Source: Heptranchias perlo (Eukaryota). Taken from it: a stretch of DNA of 64,000 bases. Where the stretch lies: positions 15,500,001 through 15,564,000 of the forward strand of contig NC_090340.1 in assembly GCF_035084215.1 (NCBI RefSeq), written 5' to 3'. The position numbers and the translations under genes were made by a program. The notes beneath the pieces are model-generated. The model searched no databases. It was not told the DNA's origin and saw only the letters and a list, made by a program, of their open reading frames with translations. Positions 59,330 to 64,000 of the stretch are shown one piece after another. The stretch's first letter is position 1, and each line of letters starts with the position of its first letter.

Positions 59330-61928
59330 TCCTGACCTTGAAACTAGACACTGGAAGAGAAACAAAAGAAATCTAATCAACTGGATGACAAAGGAAATAG
59401 AAGTTAAAATAAAACAGATAAAAAGAGGTTTATAACGAACATCAGCTACAGAATACAGTCGAAAACCAGGCAAAATACAGTGCGTGTAGGGGGAAATTGA
59501 AAAAGGATATAAGAAGGGCAAAGAGACAGTATGAGAAAAGATTAGCAGGTAACATAAAAGGGAACCCAAAAATCTATTATAAACATCTAAAAACTAAAAG
59601 GATAGTTAAAGGAATGGTTAGGGACAAAAAAAAAATCTTCTTGGAGGCAGAGGGTATAACTGAGGTACCGAATTAATACTTCTCAACTGTCGTCACAAAA
59701 GAGGATGACGTTAATGTTGCAGTAGAGATGGGGGGAGTAGAGATATTGGATAAGATAAAAAGAGAGAGGAGGTGCTAATTAGATTGGCATCGGTCAAAGT
59801 TAACAGGTCACCCGGTCCAGATGGGATGCATCCTCGGTTGCTGAGGGAAGCAAGAGTGGAGATAGCTGAAGCTCTGACCACAATCTTTCAATCCTCCTTG
59901 GATGAGGGAGTGGTGCCAGAGGACTGGAGGATTGCAAATGTTACACCCCTGTTCAAAAAAGGGGAGGGGGATAAACCTGGTAACTACAGGCCCATCAGTC
60001 TAAAGTAAGTGGTAGGAAAACTACTAGAGACCATTGTCAAGGACAAAATTAATTCTCACTTGGAGAAGCAAGGATTAATCAGGGATAGCTAGCACAGACT
60101 TGTTAAAGGCAAATTGTGTCTAACTAACCTGATTGAATTCTTCGATGAAGTAACAGAGGATAAAGATAGTGCAGAAGATCTTGTATTTTTTTTAATTCAT
60201 TCATGAGATGTGGGCCTTGCTGGCAAGGCCAGCATTTATCGCCCATCCCTAATTGCCCTTGAGAAGGTGCTGGTGAGCCGCCTTCTTGAACCGCTGCAGT
60301 CCGTGTGGTGAAGGTTTTCCCACAGTGCTGTTAGGAAGCGAGTTCCAGGATTTTGATCCAGCAACGTTGAAGGAACAGCAATATACTTACAAGTCGGGAT
60401 GGTGTGTGACTTGGAGGGGAACGTGCAGGTGGTGTTCTTCCCATGTGCCTGCTGCCCTTGTCCATCTAGGTGGTAGAGGCCGCAGGTTTGGGGGGTGCTG
60501 TCGAAGAAGCCTTGGCGAGTTGCTGCAGTGCATCCTATGGATGGTACACACTGCAGCCACTGTGCGCCGGCAGTGAAGGGATTGAATGTTAGGGTGATGG
60601 ATGGGGTGCCAATCAAGCGGGCTGCTTTGTCCTGGATGGTGTCGAGCTTCTTGAGTGTTGTTGGAGCTGCATTCATCCAAGCAAGTGGAGAGTATTCCAT
60701 CACAAACCTGACTTGTGCCTTGTAAATGGTGGAAAGGCTTTGGGGAGTCAGGAGGTGAGTATATATGGACTTTCAAAAGGCATTTGATAAAGTACCACAT
60801 AATCGGCTTATTCGGAAAACAGAAGCACATGGTATTAAATGGACGGTGGTAACTTGGGTACATAATTGGCTAAGGGATAGGAGGGAGAGAGTTGTGGTGA
60901 ACGGATGTTTTTCTGATGAGAGAAGTATGCAGTGGGGTCCCTCAGGGGTTATTAGGTCCATTGGTTTTCTTGTTATATATAAATGACCTGGGAGTACAAT
61001 TTCGAAATTTGCGGAGGATACAAAGCTTGGCAACGTAGTAAATAGTGAGCAGAATAGTAGCAGACTTCAGGAGGACATAAACAGACTGGTGAAATGGGCA
61101 GTCACATGGCAGATGCAATTTAATGCAGATAAGTGTGAAGTGATGAACTTTGGGAGGAACAACATGGAGAGGCAGTATAATCTAAATGATACTATTTTGA
61201 GGGGGATGCAAGAGCAGAGGGACCTGGGGGTGCATATTCAGAAATGTTTGAAGGTGGCAGGGCAAGTTGATAAGGTTAAGAAAATGTATGGAATACTTAG
61301 CTTTGTAAATAGCAGCACTGAATACAAAAACAAGGAAGTCATGCTAAACCTTTACAAATCACTGGTTAGGCCTCAGCTAGAGCATTGCGTACAATTCTGG
61401 GCACCACACTTTAGGAAGGATGTCAAGGCTTTGGAGAGGGTACAGAGGTGGTTTACCAGGATGATACCAGTGTTGAGGGACTTCAGTTATGCGGAGAGAT
61501 TGGAGAAGCTGGGATTGTTCTCCTTAGAGCAGAGAAGGTTAAGGGGAGAACTAATAGAGGTATTCAAAATTATGGGGGGGGTTTTGGTAGAGCAAGTAGG
61601 GAGAAACTGTTTCCTCTGGCAAATGGGTCGGTAACCAGAGGTCATTGATTTAAAATAATTGGCAAATGAACTAGGGGGGAAATGAGGAGAATTTTTATCA
61701 CACAGAAATTTGTTAAGTTCTGGAACGCGTTACCTGAAAGAGTGGAGGAGTCAGATTCCTCAGGAACTATCAAAAGGCAATTGGACACGTACTTGAAGAG
61801 GACCAATTTGCAGAGTTATGGGGCAAAGGCTGGGGTGTGGGAATAAATTGGATAGCTCTTTCGAAGAGCCAGCACAGGCATGAAAGGCTGAATGGCCTCC
61901 TTCTGTACTGTAAGATTCTATGATTCTA
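59330..61928 (+). mobile_element. CR1 LINE ORF2 to 3' UTR, interrupted by an inverted copy of the second LINE family (60186-60760)
   Basis: 'SPGPDGMHPRLL...NYRPISL' and '[12 protein letters not shown]' flank a minus-strand insert 'AAPTTLKKLDTIQDKAARLIGTPS'; CR1 tail at ~61915. Confidence 0.92.
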
Positions 61929-62749
61929 ACTGCAAGATCCAGTTCTGCATCCGGCAGTGGATACTTTCAGCCACAATGCAGAATTGAGATTCAAGAGTTC
62001 TAACCCATTACACCATCCAGTCCTACATTCAAAAGCGGAGATCTTCATCTTCGACGCCTCAGCTGGGTTTGTTACATTATCTCAGACCTAAAAAAAGGCT
62101 TCTAACATTGGCCCAACTCTACAATAATAGACTGCGGCATTCTAATATCTCTGCACAAGATTCCCTTGCTTACATAAGCTAACCTGTTTGTTGTTTCCTC
62201 ATTTTAATTTGGTCCAACACAATAGTAATTTTAATTCTGAATTCCACCATTAGAAACTGGCCCAAGACCACAAGTTCTGTTTGCCCTGTTGTAGCCTCAA
62301 CAGTCCGTAAATACTCTGAATCCTATCGCCCGAGAACGTAAACCCATATCAACAATAACTACTTTACATTCATTCAAGACCCTGATATCAAGGCAGCCTT
62401 AAAGCCGCAGCATCCCACAGCTAGCCCATAAACAGATTCAATGACTTGTTGTGGTAGGTGATTTGTCACCGCTCAGATACCGCTCTTTCCACAGTCACCA
62501 TTTGTTATACAAAAACTTGGGTATCAAATCATGCCACATGAGGTAAGAAATTTAGGGAGTTTGTTGCCCTGTCCATAGGAGAATGCTCCCTAAGGGGTAG
62601 GTGGTAGACAAAGAAGCCACCCTCGAAGAAAATAGTGATGATCGCACCATCCTCATTACAACTATTTTAACTCTGTGCAAGCTGTAACTAGGAATGTGTA
62701 CACTCATGTACATTGTCCAGTGCTCCCCTGGCCAGCCTCACACCTTTCA

Positions 62750-63246
62750 CCCTCTAAACACTGCTGCCTGTACCCTAACTCGCACTAAGTTCCGTTCACC
62801 CATCACCCCTGTGCTAAATGGCCTACATTGGCTCCCAGCCCAGCAAAGCCTCGATTTTAAAATTCTCATCCTTGTTTTCAAATTCTTCCATGGCCTTGCC
62901 CCTCCCTATCTCTGTAACCTCCTCTAGCCCTACAACCCACCTAAATCTCTGTGCTCCTCTAATTCTTGCCTCTTGCACATCTCCGATTTTCATCGCTCCA
63001 CCATTGGCGGCCATGCCCTCAGCTGCCTATCCCTAAGTTCTGTAATTCTCTCCCTAAACCTCTCCGCCGCTCTACCTCTCTCTCCCCCTTTAAGATGCTC
63101 CTTAAAACCTACCTTTTTGACCACCTGTCCTAATATCTCCTTATATGGCTCAGTGTCAAATCTTGGTTGATAACGCTCCTGTGATGTGTCTTGGGACGTT
63201 TTACTATGTTAAAGGCACTATATGAATGCAAGTTGTTGTTATTGTT
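62750..63246 (+). mobile_element. L2 LINE 3' end
   Basis: 'ITPVLNGLHWLPAQQSLDFKILILVFKFFHGLAPPYL' and a (ttg)n tail. Confidence 0.88.
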
Positions 63247-63689
63247 GTCCATCCATACCCCCTTTTTCCGGGTTCTAGCTCCCTGACTCATAGGAACCCC
63301 GAGCGAAGCAGAGAGATCATCAGTGCAATTGCACGTTGGTACATTACTGAAACTGAGCTTGGATATTAAAAAACAGATTCAAAATTAACACATTTTCAAA
63401 TTCATTTGTCACTCTGCCTGTCAACAGGGAATGTTTCATTGCATTAATCACAGTGCTAGTATGTACACACGTGCATTGTGATAAACACAATGATCATGCC
63501 CAGTACACAGCAGTTTGCCAGGGTATTCACAATGTCAACTGTAACTTTGAGTTCAACACAAAACTAATGCCTATAACTATGATGGATGTCAGACAGACAC
63601 CTCTTGTGGTGGGGGGTGGGGGGTGGAGAGCACTAATGAGTCAGGGCTAAAGCTGTAAAGATTGAAAATGTTTAGTGAATCCTACTCAC

Positions 63690-63806
63690 CATCTGAATCA
63701 TAAAGGTCCAATGTGCCGCCGTTACTTGTTCCCCACTCAGGAACAAGATACAAGATGAACGCTATTTTCCGCCCTTCTAACTCGTCATCATGACAGAGCA
63801 ACACAT
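63690..63806 (-). CDS. OGFOD1: OGFOD1 coding exon (117 nt; HxD iron-binding motif); upstream exons lie outside the window
   Basis: gctgttgcag|...|gtgagt; (D)[38 protein letters not shown]; all nine exons splice in frame to the stop at 44308. Confidence 0.96.
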
Positions 63807-64000
63807 CTGCAACAGCATCGGGTTCAAAATTTCAGTGCAGTTGTTACCTAAACAATGCTTAATGATGCTTGAGCATTTCTTTCAGTTTAACAACTTTTAC
63901 TGATATATTCAGTTTTTTTTAAGTTTGAAGTCAGGATTTCTTTTTAAAAAGTGTTCCTCTGGGGCTCTGCTGATGGCTTAGTGAATAAACATCCAACATC

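Overview
Eukaryotic, repeat-rich genomic DNA. The mix of CR1 and L2 LINEs, DeuSINE and LF-SINE-like SINEs, Penelope-derived fold-backs and Harbinger MITEs points to a cartilaginous fish (shark); this is inference, not a database result. Two spliced protein-coding genes lie in tandem on the minus strand. (1) The last 9 coding exons of OGFOD1, a 2OG/Fe(II) prolyl hydroxylase (63806 to 44308), with intact frame and GT-AG sites; its 5' exons lie beyond the window. (2) A complete 5-exon immunoglobulin-superfamily gene (33956 to 12989; 966 nt CDS, 321 aa) with architecture leader / germline-joined VJ-type V domain / single C1-set domain / uncharged TM / Tyr-free, Cys- and Lys-rich tail, and no RSS. 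This non-rearranging, antigen-receptor-like membrane protein is the most notable feature. Its V-C1 intron holds a ~3-4 kb tandem duplication. Each copy carries a strongly conserved antisense micro-exon/mini-intron cassette, and one copy also has a Penelope-derived palindrome with hammerhead-ribozyme-like motifs. The rest is mostly transposable-element debris, including a solo LTR inside a CR1. Exon boundaries were read by hand from splice signals; TE boundaries are approximate unless a TSD is given.
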